64,000 nucleotides of DNA from Raillietiella orientalis (GCA_036172245.1 JAYWIR010000095.1:1-64000), one strand, 5' to 3'. Positions 48,730-63,811 are shown, counted from the stretch's first letter. Notes: generated from the letters alone by a model not told the origin. Made by a program: numbers and translations.

Positions 48730-50573
48730 GTGCCTCCTTTGTCACTCTTGGAGGTGCGCAACTCCAAAGGTTTTGCAGGCAACAGGCAAAATAACCTTTT
48801 TCGAAACCACCCTTTTTTTTTTTTTTTCCCTGCCATCTCATTCCGCTGCTCCGTTGTAGATGTCATGATTATAAAACAAGAAGGCTGTGCTTCTTCATGT
48901 TAATTGCTGAAGTAGTTCTTTAATGATGCAATGCATTATTATTATCAATTGCTTTTTCGAATCTAATCACTAAAATGGGGGAGCTCTTTAAAATATTATC
49001 GAAAAATAGCACTCACTAATTATAGTTACCCATGATGTATCTGTGCCCGCGATTTCAAGGAATCAACTGGTAATCACTACAAAATGATGGATGCCATTTA
49101 AAGTCTTTTTTCTTGAGAGTGATGAGCACCAACACCTGTACTTAGAACTCATGCGTTTTGGTATTTGCTGTGAATACGTTAACATTTTAGCGTGTCATTT
49201 AGCAAACCTGTCCACTACTGAATTTTTTGCCACTTCACTGACAAATGAGGGATAAGTTATTGACCAGCTCCAAGTATTTTTCCAAGTACATTCTGAGTAT
49301 TTTTCCATTACTGGGAACTCTTTTCCCTGATTGTTCTTTCAAGCATCCACGAAGGTATCCATGACGAATCACTTTCTTGGAATTCCTTCAAATAATAAAA
49401 GGATACTCAGGAAAATGTTGCGTGATTAATATTTTTCATGCCGTGTGCTTCAGGTGGTTAGTGGCGAAGCCTCCGTTTTCACGCGTTCATAAAGTTCAAG
49501 TTGTGATCTTTTCAACGGGTTTGCATGGTCCACAAAAAAGTAAAAAAAAAAAAAAAAAAAAAATATGAAGCCGAATGTGCTGTGACAGCTGGCTCCAGTG
49601 GCTCCATGTCAAGCTATCCGAGTTGCTTCCAATTTTGGACTAGAGGCTACCACGTACGAGAACCCGGAACAGAATCCCAGCTCCTGCGGAAGCTCCGTGT
49701 TCTTCGCAAATGGTGGGGAATGATCAGTTCCATGTCACAGTCCACAGTGGACTGCATGTGCTCCAGAGAACGGGTTTCTCGGTCGAGCACAGCGCGAATT
49801 TGTGCGGGTGAATTTCCTCCGTAGATTCCCGAGTGTTCTTTAAACGGATCTTCGTGGGTGCTGCTGCTTCCCATCTGCGGAGTGAGGTGCGTTCACGGGA
49901 CCATTTTTCGATCTCGTATTTGACAGCTGTGTCTCACGACTGCACGCCCTAGGTGTTCCCGCGGTGACCCGTTGAAGCCGAAATCCTGGGTAGAACCGAG
50001 GCACACTTGCAACTTCTGATGCAGGTTCAGACTCTCATGGGATGTTGGAAATTTCAGCAAGAGAACTTAGGAATTTATAGGATGCTTTGAAATGAAAACG
50101 AGACTTTGGAAGATGAAGAAGAAGAAGAAAAGGTAAACTAGACTTTAGAATGTGTGACTCAGCAGGTCAGACTACAAAGTTTTCTTCGGATCTGTTCTAC
50201 TGATGTCGAGATGGAATGCCTCAAGAACCGTTACTGCATCCTTAAAGTGACTAATGAAGTGATGGTATTCAACTTCGTTTATCCACCTTTGACTGCTTGT
50301 ATTCACCCACGGAGTTATCATGCCCTAACGACCCATTTCTTCTTTTGAGTTGTTGTTTTTGTCCATTCCTCTGTATTTAAAGGAGGAACTTCATTTCCAT
50401 GATCCCAACCTGGCTAAAAGCTTGGCTTCCTATGGTCTCTCACGAGAACCATATTTTATTTATTTAGTTAGCTGGTCCTTGGGAAAGTTTTCTCCCCTTC
50501 ACCCCCTCATATAAAATCTTCAATAAAGATGTCAACACAGTGTTTAGAAATTATTCCAGTTCCTTTTTTTAAA

Positions 50574-50593
50574 AGAGAGAGAGAGAGAGAGAG
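50574..50593. repeat. (AG)10 microsatellite
   Basis: Directly visible. Confidence 0.9.
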
Positions 50594-53500
50594 AAAGAGC
50601 AAAAGTAAAGCGGATAAGGAGAACGTAACTGCAAAAGACTTATTATCAAGTCGATTGAATTTAATCTGGCGATGCTATCGTTACCCGCATTCATGAACCT
50701 AAGAACAGTCACGAGTTTCAGTGAGTAATTCTAATGAGGATGATTCATGGAAGAAAGCATAAATTTTTTGTCAGACGGGAAAGTCAAGGGTGCGAGCCAG
50801 TCATCTCGAAGGGGAACATCGACTGAAGTCGTAGGTCGGCTACATCGGCACTACACAGGAAGGAAGCCTCGTTTCGAAATTCGGCCCCATCTGGAGAGTT
50901 CATTCGTTAAAAAAAAAAAAAAAAAAAAAAAGGCATCTTAAAGACGGGCGCATTTTTCGAACTCCCTCGCAGCAAGAAAACACAGCGATTACCTATCGAA
51001 TTTCCTTTGGGAAGTTCTGAAGCAAATATCAAACTTGTACACTTCATTGTACCCTGCTGGTGTCAAAAGCAGTTCATTCCGTTTTTGTTTTTTTTCTTTA
51101 AAAAAAAGAGCTTGCTTCCGTTCCCTCGTGCCTTTTCTGCTCCACTAGATAAAATCCTCATTATTCTTAAATCTTCCAAACCTTGGATTGTGGGGAGGAG
51201 CGCTGTTTGAAACCCAATCCCCAGAAACGTGGGCAACGTCATCCAAAGCAGTAGAGAAGTAACCCTGAAGAAGGTGGAAGACTGCGAAAGACTTCCAGAA
51301 AGTGCTGCTTCCCAGGAAGCGACGTGCTCACCAGAAGGAATGGCAGTTCTGCGTGCAAAAAGTAAGTAACCCATCGCTGATGCAACTTCGCAAAATGGAA
51401 CTTTGGAGCGGAGTTTTGACGTGTTGAGCTGGATTCTACCAGTTCTCCCGATGGTCAGCCACGCATCCACGCACAGCTAGCGATTCAACGGGACCGAATT
51501 TCATCGACCGACTTTCATTTTCATTCCCTACGATCAAATGATAGCAACTCGAGATGAAACTGCGGAGACGTAGCTTGCATTTCATTCACAGTGTTTATCA
51601 TGTTTATCATCATGGTTTGTGTGTGTGTGTGTGTGGGGGGGGGGGAATGCATTTGAAAGAAATGTGCTGCTCCCTTGAGGGTTTGACGCATCATCTAGCA
51701 CATCTTGCAAAACTAACTCGAAAGTCGCAAACGGTGTGAAGATGTCTCGCACTCGGAAAACTCACAATGAAATTTCTTCGTACGAGGGTGAATGGAAGAT
51801 GCATCCTCAGCCCATGCACACTCATACGCGAGCATTCATTTTGTTTTACCGAAATGAGAGGAAATGTGAAAATGGAAATTTCGCCGAAAAAGAAGAAGAA
51901 ACAGAAGAAAAGAAACGAAAAATCAGTGGTGGCTTTGCTGAAACAGAATCAGCATCCAAAAGTAACATTCATACGTAATGGCTGGTTTCTAATGATGCTT
52001 TTTAAATGTTTCAAGAGACTGTTTGCTCGCCATTTTTTTCTTCTTTCTTTAAATGGATATTTGTTTTTGTTTTCTCCGGTGAGTATTCGTGTAATGTTTG
52101 CTCGTCGCCGTTGCGACTGAGGAGACTGACTCCAGGAGATAAACACGTGTTGCGGATGGACGAAGGCGATCTCTCAAACAGGAATCTAAAGTCAGCTCGC
52201 AAAACTATTCCGTATAAGCATAATCTCGTTTATCTCGTTCACACATGTAAAATTATTAAGAGCACACCTGGCTTGAAAGTCAGGCTGCATTTTATTCTCT
52301 TCTGTTCAGCTGGGATGTGCCCTCAGGTTGTGGCATTCTTCGGTTCCATTGATCCACCGTACGCTAACCGAACCATTTGCTAAACTGTAATAGAAATAGG
52401 AATGTGAGCATCCAAACATCCGCATCCTTGTCTTCAGCACATCATCGCACGAGATCCAGAGAGGGCTATAATTTTGCTTTCATCAATAAAACACGAATGC
52501 TCAGGAGGCTGTGAACTCTCGACGCTTGGAAGGAGAAGATAAAGGTAGCTTACTTTAACGCGCGTCAAATAGAATGGTCATTTGATTAAATGACTGTCTT
52601 ACTGACATTGGTGAAAATACGGCGACCAGCAAAACCTGTTTGGGATGTGTGCAGAATTTCACATTTTTTTACGACCACTGCATGAGCTGCATTGATTACC
52701 AACAGATTCTCGATGCTGCAGCCATCTCATCAGCATATTCTCGCATTAGTATTTTCGTTGAATTAATTCCCACAGAAATCCATCTTAGTAACCGATGTGT
52801 GCTGGATTACGCGTCTTGGGGCATGACTTTGCGCTGTGATTTATTTCCTGTTCACGATGTAGCCTGTTGCATACCATGAATGCATTTGTCGACAAAATGC
52901 TTTCCACGAGGTGTGCAGACAGAAAGCATTCTTTTCCTGACGACCAAGTGGTGGTGGTATTCATTAAAGTTCACTCTCACATTCTCTGGAGCAGCATGAA
53001 TAGCTCTGAGGGATTGCAAATTTGGAACGCACATTCGCCATAGCCCCATCTTCCCGCTTTCCAAACAATTCGCACTTCGCACTTCGGGAACAGACAACGC
53101 CATTTTTTTTTTCCTTCTTCCTCTCCTTCCTTTCTCTCTCTCATTTCGTTTTGATTTGCTGTTATCTCTCCATTTCCTTTTTTGCTTATGAGCAGTGGTG
53201 GAGAACCTTCTGCTGCAGCGGTTGCTGCTTGAAAGTCCTCACCATCCGCTCCCAAACGAATCAATGTGTGTTTACCTTGAATGCTTATTCTTTTGGGAAC
53301 ACTTTCTCACAATTTTCGATTCTCATGTCTGGCTTACGCTTCTCTGAGAAGACGTGCTTCTCTGAGCCTTCTCCGAAGCTGCCCTCCCATCGAACTCTTC
53401 CACGATTTTCAAGATCCCCTTTGGGGTTGGGGGTGCACCAAGTCCAAGTTTGCGCTCTTGCGCTCATGTCCACAGCCATCAATCTCGCCTCGCGAGTGGA

Positions 53501-56500
53501 CGAAAGCCCTTTTGCTGCCTGCTCTTTGAAGATCGTCCGGATCTGTGATTGCTAGCAGCGTGACCCAAACCAAGTGGATGCCTTTCCTTGTTATCGCTTA
53601 TTCTCCCCGTGACCCTTCCATGCAAATTGCAGCACCTCAGCAAATCGGCGGTCTTTTCCTCCTCAGCGTCTTAGGACAGAGGAGTCTTCATGCCTGTAAG
53701 TCCGGAAACCGTTTATCGAATTACCCTCTTTTCTTTCCGACCTTACAGAAAAAGGTCGATATCATCTATTCCAACAAGATGTACTCGGCATTTAATGTTC
53801 TCTGTTAATCTTTTCCTGGTTGGCTCTGAATGGTAATAAAGAAGAAAAAATTTTTTGTTTTTTTTCAAAAATCTTAAGTCACGAACTACTACAATTAAAG
53901 AGATTTGATAGTGAAACCGAAGGAACACGCACGAAACAAAATGCATGCAAAAACTTTTCGGGGAAGAACAAAAGAAAATCACCAAGGCAGTTCCAGAGAT
54001 CCAAGCAAATTTTCGTGTTTAATTCACGCGCTTTTTTCCCAAAATTTTGTGATCCGTGGAAATGAACTTCACAGGTCATGTCTGCCCTGGTGAGAGCAGT
54101 GTCCACGCAACTAGGTGCGTTACCTGGGTAACGCGCCAGGTATCATCATTTCATGCTCAGGAAGGAATTAAGTGCAGGCACCAACGGGGAAAATGGCTGC
54201 TATTTGTGAGTGATAATTTAGTACTGAAGGCTTCCTATCTGAAATGATCTGCAGGAAACGTGGGAACTGTTTCCTTTGAAGGGAAGTCTGTAAGGAACCG
54301 TTGCGACGGTTTAAGAATTTTACAGAGCATGAACCTAAACAGTGTTGCCAGCTCAACAACAAAGGGTATACGACAAGGAAAATAGCAGATCACAGGATGC
54401 TTCCCTTCCTTCTAGTTTATTTGTTAAAACTTTCGATTTACAAAATCTGTGAGCCAAACATCCATCATCGCATGTAAATCTACTGGTAACTAATGATTTT
54501 GACTGAGCCTTCCAACGTAAATCTGTTCGAATGATTGAAAAACTACATGGGATCTCTTTCTTTCCCTCGTGGTTGAGAGGTTTTCTGCGGCTTTACCATT
54601 TGAATTCAACCATACCATTGCATGTTGTAGCAAGATTGCCTGTGGCCTCTCAGATTCTCTCCAATTGTAAAATTCTCCAGCTAATGCTGTATAGAACTGG
54701 TGGATTCATGAAGCGCTTTCGAAACTGTTTTACTACACTGTGTTATTTTATAGTGGGTCGTTATCACTTCCATCTTCAAACTATGAAATCACAAGGGACA
54801 GCGCAAACCCGTTCATCCTGCTTTTGATAAGGCAATCTCACATCATTTCTTGGGGTAATTCGTGTAGAAAACGAAAGGAAAGGTGAACGAAGAACAGTAT
54901 GGAGGCGAATCTCGGCTAAAGTTCTATCTTTGCTTTGCTAAATTAGGTACTCAGTACCTTAGATTCTTCCAGCCGACGGCTACATTCCTACTTGCTGTTT
55001 CGTAACCAGAAAGATATGTTGGTTTTATCCAGATCATTAATCGTGGTCCTATCCAGTTTCAGAACAAACTTCAGCTTCATCGCACCTCGTGATTAATTCA
55101 CCTGGGAATCTGGTATTTCGTGCATCGATAGTTAAACGCGGTGATATTCTAAATCCTTCAGAAACAAAGCCATTCCGATGCTTGAGTGTCATGCCAACTC
55201 CTTTGTGCACCGAATTACTGCAGGCAGAGAGGCATTGTGTTCTGCCACGGCAAAAATCTTTTCTTTTCTTTTTTTTTCTTTTTTTTTTTTTTTTTTAACC
55301 GTCTCGGTGGCTCTCGAATTTGCTCGTAATTTGAAAATTACCTATTGGGCACGCTATCTTTTTCGGCTAGTTCCAGCGTCTAAATATATTATATGGCAGA
55401 ATAATTCGAGGGCTGCTCCTTCAATTCGGGAATACTATGGAAGACTCTGTGTGCATCCTGCAATTGTCCTTCGGTTTCGCAGGCTCACATGCGAAACGTG
55501 CAGAATGTACTGTACGGAAGTGGCATTCCTCGACGCGTACTTCTGAAGGAAAGTCGAAGATAAAGGAAACCTTGCTCTCATTCGTCGGTCCTGTGGATGC
55601 TCCCATTCACTGCCCAGTTAATCAGTTGATTCGAATTTCGTCTGAGAGCAGAGTTCCACACAGCTCACTTAGTTATGCGGAAGGCGTTCTGCTGGTATTT
55701 TTTTTTTTTTTTTTCTTTCCAAGGTTAACCAAACACTCCTTTCGGATGCTGCAGTGTCGCTTGCCCGAACAGACCCTGAGCATTTCAGATAGCTATCGGC
55801 TTGTGATTGACATCTGCCTGATTAACTCATGAGCATGCGTTTTCATCTGGAAACACCATTCGGGGGAAAGCTCAGCCGTAGGAAAGATGCAAGAGCGGAG
55901 ATGAAACCACGCTCCCGCGTCGTATCCTCTGCGATCCGGGATTTTCTTTCCACCATCTTTGTGTGGATTTTTAGCGCGTTCGTTTGTACGGAATTCGTCA
56001 TCCTGAAAATTCCCTGGGGATTGCCACCCATTAAGCCGTCATCACGAATAAATTTCCTGAAGATGAAAGCAAAAGCTGTCTTCCATTCGTTTCCTGCCAA
56101 CGGATCTTCAATGGCAAAATGTCGTGACTGCTACTAAAACGACTCTTTCGTCTTCGGAGCGCTCGAATGTTCCGGTTTGCCCAACACGTATAAAAGAGCG
56201 CTTCAGAAGTCGCAGCACTTGCTTACTGGTGCCACACATTTGCTTTCCTTTGACGCTGGTTAGCGATCGATCTTGGAACGGTGACAACATTTTTTTCCTT
56301 GAAGTAGGGATCTATACGGTTCTTTTTTCCTTTCCCAACATCCACAGGATTCATCTGAAGCATGGGGACAAGTGGACCTTTGTGCTTTTCTGAAGGGATG
56401 CGGTTCCCAGCTACCAAAGCAGAGTTCCGGGCAGCAGACGGCTGCCTCAGTCCAAGAAACGAACCTCTTGGACGCCGGAGGAAGTGCCCGAGTTTGCAGA

Positions 56501-57999
56501 AAGATTGCTCGGGTTTTCCTTGTGAGGGTGCGGTTTCACCCGTTCTCACTGGGGGAGTCAGTCAGAGCGTTCCCACCCTGGGGTAGGCGTGCGAAAACGG
56601 TGCAGGGTTGTCACCATCACTTCGGGGTCGGCGGGGGGAGGTACAAGTTGTTAGTACACTTCCTAGTCCTTTGAGGCTCCAGAGTCAACCGGAAGGAACC
56701 CCCACCCAGAGGAGTAGAGAATGCTGGCTCAAGACGGTTGACCACGGGTGAATACAATGAAGAGCGCTTCAGATCTCGAACTGAATAATTTTTGAACACT
56801 TTCAGTCGTTTCGAGATTTCACCAAAGACAGATTATACATATGCCCGGAGTCTTCCTTACAGGTCTCAGGTCACACCAGAAATGATAACTGTCCCACCAA
56901 ATATGTCAAGATATAGTTTGAGGTCGTATGGAGACAACGCCATTAGCACCACCCCGTATCATAGTTCCGAGTTGAGAACTAAAATCAGTGCCATCTCATC
57001 CGGTTCATCTATTTCTAAATGCCCACCTGACTCCTTCCCCTCCCCCCCCCCGGAAACAACGCGAAAGTTCAGTCAAAAATGATGACCACCATCAGCATCT
57101 CACTGACGTTTCTTTGTTACGCAAAGAAAATCGCAAAAACTGTAACGTTGTGCTAGAATCAGTGCATTCAACAATAGCAGCTGGTCAGGATATCTCAGTG
57201 CGGTTGATGTGTTGCAGAGGTAGAATCCCATGTTCTGGAACCAAGACGGACCAAAGGATGCTTTCAACTAGAACTTGACATACCACAACTCTGCGCTGAG
57301 CAGCAGTGTGCTGCTTTCCCAGAGAGAGGACAGAACAAAGGGAGTGTTGGTTGATGGCGTTCATGGAGTACGAGGTCTGTGGCTCCACAGAATCAAACGT
57401 CTGTGGTCTTATGACCGTTTCAAGAACTTTGATGTTCATGCTTCAAGCCCACATGCTGCTTCAGAGAAATGGATGGCAAGCCATCCGATGATGAGACGGT
57501 GATGCCGATGAGAAGGAGCCAAGGACGTGCAATCTTCTTTTATTTTCGCTACTTTTTTAAAAAATTCCTTGCGTTTTTCTGGTCGTTCCTATCTCCATGC
57601 TTGACAAAAAGAGTTCCGTCTGCTAGATAGGCTCACGAGGAGGACTGACGTCCACAACGTGTAATTTGGGGCAGTTTCCCTGGCAGAGTCAAGAAGTTAC
57701 TAGGAGAGGGCGTTCTTGAGGTAGCGGCTCGTGCCCCCCTCCCCCCTCCCCCGCTCTCCACCTGAAGATCAGCTGGACCTTCTGATGCATTCTCGATGGT
57801 CTCTGTTTCTGGCACCACATGCGAAAATTAAAAAAAAAAAAAAACGGTTCTCGCTACTCGTTTTACCCTGCTTTTCTTTGGAGCCCGTGACGACCTCTTC
57901 CGAATTCTGGAACAGCTGCCCTTTTTTGAAACTTCCGTCCTCCTGCGAACCGACGATCACTTGTCGCCAGTCTCGAAATGAGGTCAGAGGAAACGAAGA

Positions 58000-58985
58000 C
58001 GGCGGTTTCCTTTCCCCGAGGCGATTCGAGCGAACGAGCGAGCCGGTCCCGTGTCTCAGGGATCAGGGATGCCAGTACGTGGGGCGGCCGATTTTTCCCG
58101 CGAAACTTGCTGCGGTCGGGAACCGGAGGATGAACTTGTCTCCTCTCCTTATTCTCATTTGGGTAAACTCGGCGGCAATCAGGGAATCCGTGAGCTACTC
58201 CGGGATGCCACAGCACACCAGTTTGGCAGCCGCTTTCCCCTTCCTCCTTCGATTTCAGGGGAATGACACGAAAGTGTTCGTGAACTTCCTACTGGTAAAC
58301 GTCCTGGGCACCTCCAGAACAAGGCGGCATCTGGAAACTCTTCTCGGGAAGATTGGCAGTTCTTACAGTGAGATCGCACAATTGCGGAAATCAACGGAAG
58401 AACCTGCCATCTCAAGAGACCTTTTGATGGGGGGTGGGGGGTGGGGGGTGGAGGAAGGCAAAAAAAAAAAAAAAAAGGAAACTACTCGCATTATGCCGAT
58501 GCAAACAAAATGAAATACGGGGTCGACTAGAGTCCACCACGATGGACCGCGAAGATGGCGTGCATTAAAATGCCGTAAAATGCGCCGCGACTCCTCGTGT
58601 CTCTTCCCGCCCTGCACCCAACGTGTGCGTCTTTCCTCGTCCACTGCTGGAGACGACGCCTCGTGCTTGGAAACGATTCCTTGGACTGCAGACGCGCACC
58701 GGAGGGTTTCCAAGACGACGGGGAGGCTTTTCCTTCCTCGCACGAGTCGGAGAGCGCGCGTATCCGAGTTCTCTTCAGTTTCCATGCTACGAGAGGAGAG
58801 CATCGCACTCTTCTTGTGTTTATTGCTATTTTTAATTATCTTCCCCTCCTCCCCCCCTCCACGACAACCGAATCCGGTTCGGCCGTCTCCCAGGTGAAGT
58901 CGCTCTGCATGCCGCGGTGCCTCGGGAACTCAGGCATGGCACCACCCAATCAGATGACGAAATACACGGCCCATGGTCGTTGGCG
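58000..58985 (+). mobile_element. probable highly decayed relative of the same LINE family (copy H)
   Basis: TSLAAAFPFLLR resembles TPLTTALPFLRR in copy E, and RLLVSLPALHPT resembles RLLLVRDALQPA. T-rich then C-rich UTR-like stretch; degenerate end AAATACACGGCCCA (~58960-58973). Zinc finger not seen. Confidence 0.35.
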
Positions 58986-59819
58986 TCGGCATGGGGAAAG
59001 GTCGTGTGAGCGAGGTCCGCAACAAAGCCAGCGTCCGCCTCCTCTTCAGGCTCGCTCTCTGGAGCGGCGGGAACAGGCGGAAGGGGAGGTGACTCCTTGT
59101 CAACTGCAGTTTCTGCCGTCTTCTGTTAATCTAAAGGACAAGGAAGAACAGGAAGGCGTCTCTCCTGTTGCCAGGACGAGCCCGCAACTCAACGTTGAGT
59201 TCCACCAGCTTCTACGGGGACAGCCTCCAGCAGCAGAAGTCTCGGGCCGTATGACGGCACAAGGGTCAGCCTCTTCCAGAACAAAACTGCAAAATTCCCA
59301 ATGCATTTCCTCCCATCCCTCCTCCTCCTCCTCCCCAGTTATGGATGGTCGTGGATCCTAAAGGGAAACTTCCTCTTCTTACCCGTGACCCAGCGGAAGA
59401 CGTTGGTCTTCCCGTCGGCTCCCAATGTCCCAGTAAAGAGAAGAGTCGAGGAGATTTGACTGTCCCATCTCTGGACAGCTTCACCTCTCAGTCCGCGGCT
59501 GCAGTCGAAGAGGGAGGGGGAAGCAGGGATAAAGACTTTCTTTAACAGCTTGCGCTCACGCGAAAGTCCCGGAACCCCACGCAAAAGAAACGCGCGGGTT
59601 CCACGGGAACGTGTTCTTCCCGGGACGTCTCGCCTCGGGACCAGCTTCTTTCCGGGATCCGCCCCGGAAGGCGAAGGGAGCGGAAGCGAGCCCGCGTAGA
59701 ACGTCCCAAGGGAGAGAAACGAAGGAGGTCTTCCCGTCTAGAAGTCTGTCAAGCTCCTCCCCTTAATGGCCACTTCGTTGTTTCCTTCTAGCGTGGGCGT
59801 GATCCAAAAGGTCTGCTGC

Positions 59820-60120
59820 TCGAGCGCGCGCATATGATGCGTGCGCATCTTACGCGCGCGTCACGCGTGCAACGCTCCCCGTGCGCTGGCGCGCGCCGCC
59901 TCCATGCGTGGTCGATCGCCCGCTCGCGCCTGCGCACACGCGGGAACACGCGCGAAAAGCGCAGCCGGTGATACGCGCGCATGCGATGCGTAGCGAGTGC
60001 TCGGCGCTCGTCTGCACGCACATAGAGTGAGTGCGCATGAGGGTTAGAGGAAGTGAGTCGTGCATACGCGCGCACCCTCTTTGAGTGCCCCCGTGTGGAT
60101 TCACCCGCGCGTACGCACCC
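59820..60120. other. CpG-dense alternating purine-pyrimidine low-complexity patch
   Basis: Many GCGCGC/ACGCGCGC/GCATGC runs; ATACGCGCGCA occurs twice (59971, 60064). Confidence 0.75.
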
Positions 60121-60262
60121 GTGAGCCCGGACAGCATCGCCCAAACGCTGTTGGAGCGGCAACGCTCCACGAGCGTCATCGTCCCACCCCCTGCCTGGAC
60201 GGCTGCATCAGCTCCCGTGCGAGAGCTGCGTTCATTGGCGGGTTTCAGATTCCCATCGCTCC

Positions 60263-61030
60263 CTACCGGGAATGCAGCTTCCTAGGAGGCGGGCGGGGTA
60301 CGAGGCTGCAGCGCACAGGAACAAAAAGCAAAAAGGGGGGGGAAGCAAGGGACGAACAAAAGGGATACCGAATCGCGGAAGGAGGTGCCACTTTCTTCCT
60401 GGTTCCATGGAAACGGACACTCCAGGCTGCCACGAAGCTGCTGAGCTCTCGAAAACGGAAGCGGAAGGATGGATGGGCCGGTGGCCAACTAGGAGACCGC
60501 AGGGTCGTCCGTCGGAAGCCATTGTTGCGCGCGCGAGGAAGCGGGAGTTCCTTCTGGAAGGAGGGCGACAGCAACCCCCCACGATCTAGGAAGGAGGGGC
60601 CCGCGGTCTGGAGAGGTGACTGCCTTTTCGCCGGAAGGAAACGCCTGGCTGTCCCCGTGCTTCGTCCCACATCAGAGATGCTCCCGGACTTTCTTCGAAG
60701 ACGCCTGTGGGGAAAGCGGTTGATGAGAGAAGCGTAGGGTTGCTTTTCCCCGCAAAGACGTGCCAGCGTCTCTTCGGCCATCCGAGGAAAGTCCTCAAGC
60801 TCCTGACGACCCGAGTGAATCTGGCATCCCCGTCCAGTCGCTCCCGAACTGGCCGAGAAAGGGAAGTGCGGCACCTCACCCCGTCCTGGGGAAAGGCTCC
60901 GTCGCCCTGATTCCTGCAAGTCCCTGCGGCTGCTTCTCCTCCCAGGAATACCCAGATCCTCCCCTTTTTCCCAACCTGGTGTCCCCCGCCCCTTCTCTCG
61001 GTTTCCATGCCGGCCACCTGTCCCAGGAGT
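60263..61030 (-). mobile_element. possible decayed L1/Tx1 ORF1 (RRM-type) remnant
   Basis: Frameshifted minus-strand peptides GRIWVFLGGEAAA..LQESG..AEETLARLCG..STGTARRFL..PSFLDRGG follow the motif order of Tx1-type ORF1. No intact zinc knuckle. Confidence 0.35.
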
Positions 61031-63811
61031 TCAGAACGGATTAGGGGGACGAATTCCTGATGGGGATCAAGCGGAAGGTGGGAACTGACCAGCTCCGATG
61101 GGTCGGAAGTTGCGAGTCACCTGCCACTCCTCGTCTCAGTTCAGAAGCTCCCTCTCGAGGCAAAAATCGTATTCTCTGTCCCTCTGCCACGGCAGCGCGA
61201 GTCGGAGCGTCGAAGAAGCTTCAGGATGCTCGCGTGCTGAAGGACCATCCTATCTCGGGTCCCCCAGCGGTCTCTCTGAAGGTGAACACTCCAGCGGCCC
61301 CTCCGACGGCGGAGACTGTGCGTGCGTCTCCTCTCCAGCATCCAGAGATCCTCCTGTGCCTCTAGGCCGTGCATCGGCGGTGACAGAGAGCTCCACTCTC
61401 ACTTCCACTCCCGGCCCCTTCCCTTGCCCTTTTCTTAACCCCTTGTTGAGGTTTTTCTCCTAGGAGTCTCTGTGCCAGAGGCTGCTTGTCGTAAATCATG
61501 CCAAATCTCTTCCCGATCCCTCTCCCAACCGCCTAGAGACAGCGGAGCTTTCCTCCCTTGAAGTTGACGGTCACGTGGCAGCTGCTGACGGAGACAGGAA
61601 CCCAAGCGCAAGCCCGGGAGGGAGCCCCCCCTCCCCATCTTGGCTCTGCAAAGCTCGAGAGGAAGGCGAGCCCCCTGGGGAGGAGAGCACACCTCACGCG
61701 ATGTCCACCGTCTGGGGGGGGGAGGGGTTCCGCGATGCACTGGGGGAACGCACCTGGTTCTGAGGTTGCATGTACTCGAAAGACTCACTCGTAGGGTGCC
61801 TTGGTGTCTGGGATGAGGAGCCTGCAGATGGATTCCTTGGGGATCTCGTTCGCGTCTCGCCCAGTTCCTAGATGGCAATCTTCAGGCAGGCTGGGGAGCG
61901 GGGAACAAAAGGCACAAACGCGATGTGTCCCGTGCTGCAGAAACGAAAGACTAGCAGGAAGGGGGAGAAATCCTTGGAAGAAGAAGATGGTTGGTCTTCA
62001 GAAGCGCCTTTCAAGAGCCCAAAAGGACACGTGGTGTCTCTATTCCTTCCTTGGTCCTCACCTGTGAGCTCCTGTGGCAAGCGCGACCGGCCTGCGGGGA
62101 ACATGCACGGCCATGTGCCGCGACGGTTTCCTTGACGTGTGCGCAAAGAGCACAGATAAGAGCTTCCACTCTTTGAAGATAGCCATCTCTACAGAGAAGT
62201 CGTCTCTCCGAAGGATACCCTTTCCCGAAGGTCCCTGTCGAAGCCGGTCGAAAAGAAACCGAAGGAGGAGATGGAGGAACGAAACCCGGCGCCACCCCCC
62301 GGGCTCGGATGCTGCCTCTTCCTATGAGATTCGCCTTTCTGAAACCTCTGCGGCCATCAGCACAACCGTCCTAGCATCTTTGGATCAGTACAGAAGAACC
62401 CCTCTGCCGTCTTTCTAGCTGTTTCTGGATTCTTTCCTCCGGAAAGGCTTTGGGCTCCATGTCCTCCTTTGGGCTTCATGGCCCTTGGAGCGCGCACTCG
62501 CGAGGTCGCCCCCCTCACGGATGCAAAGAGGGAACCAATCCTTCTCTCTGCTTCTTACAACAGGTAAGAAACCTGGAGGATTCCCCCAAAGTGCGCCTTT
62601 CTCAAAGGATCGCCTTGAATGCGCCAGAAGATGTGGTCCCTGGGTAGCAACGCGCGGATGCACTGCAAGAGATACGAAAAAGCTACCCCTCGATGTTAGC
62701 AGTGCTCTCGACGAAGAGGAATCTGAAAAATCAGGGAAATGCTTTTCCAGGTTGCACCCCAGACGGAACGTGAAGGGAAATTCGAGATTCGGGAGATACA
62801 GCATCACCGTTCAGTTCTTTTCCAGGGGATCTCGTCCCCTGGAAAAAGTTCTACAATACGCTTTCTCGAAACCAAGAGTTCCTCGAGGTGATCTCCTGAA
62901 TCTTATCGACTAAACATCCGTCTCGCTAGTCTTCCTCCCCCTCGTCTTTTTTGGTGAGCACTCGAGCTCTGCAAAGCACAGAGCAGAAGGCAGTGCCTCT
63001 TGAAGAACGCCTAGTTGTGATGGGCAGTGCCTCCACATTCTATCGTTCTGGGAACCAGGATGAGACCTCGAACTCGTTCCAGTTCTCCAGGTGTGTGCTC
63101 CCTGCTCCAGCTTCAACTTTGTCTACGACTGACAGCTGATAAAGGAGAAGGAAAGCAAAAAGAGCAGCAGACAATGAGGCTCAAGGATCCTATTGGATCC
63201 TATCAAGAGCAGAAGTCCTTGTTGAGGGGATCTCTAGAAAAGTTACCACCAAGCATTACCAAAAGAAGCAATACAAAGAATAGGAATAAGATCCAAGAGG
63301 GGAGAAGAGGGTCGTTTGAAGGAAAAGGAATACCTCTGTGGCCACAGAGGCAAGCTTTTGCTGCTAGGGAAAGAAGATCTTTTCCCAGGTCTATACTCAA
63401 GCTTCAGGAGGAAGGTAAGGGCAACAGAGGAACACAACAACTAGGGGAATGTTTTCATAACAATGAGAGGATGGGCGAATGTGCGGTGCACGTAGAAGTT
63501 GGATGAGTAAGTGTGGTACTTTGCTCTTCTCCGCTGCTTCCTGGAGAAACTGCACTGATTACCTGGGACTTTCGTGGGTCTAAAGACTGGCGACTCTGAT
63601 ACTTTGCTCGGAGTAGAGTTTTCATAAATACCATGGAGAACAAACATTTTGAAGGCTGGATACGTGGATATAATGGATGCTTCCAGGGGGGACTGAGTTC
63701 ACGTTGATAGTCGGAATTGGCGGAGCTGTCCGGAGGCAAAGGGGTTGCCTTGGAAGGGAGGAAATGCAAAATGCTGTGGATCGTCCTGTAGCAATGTTCA
63801 GGAACCAAATA

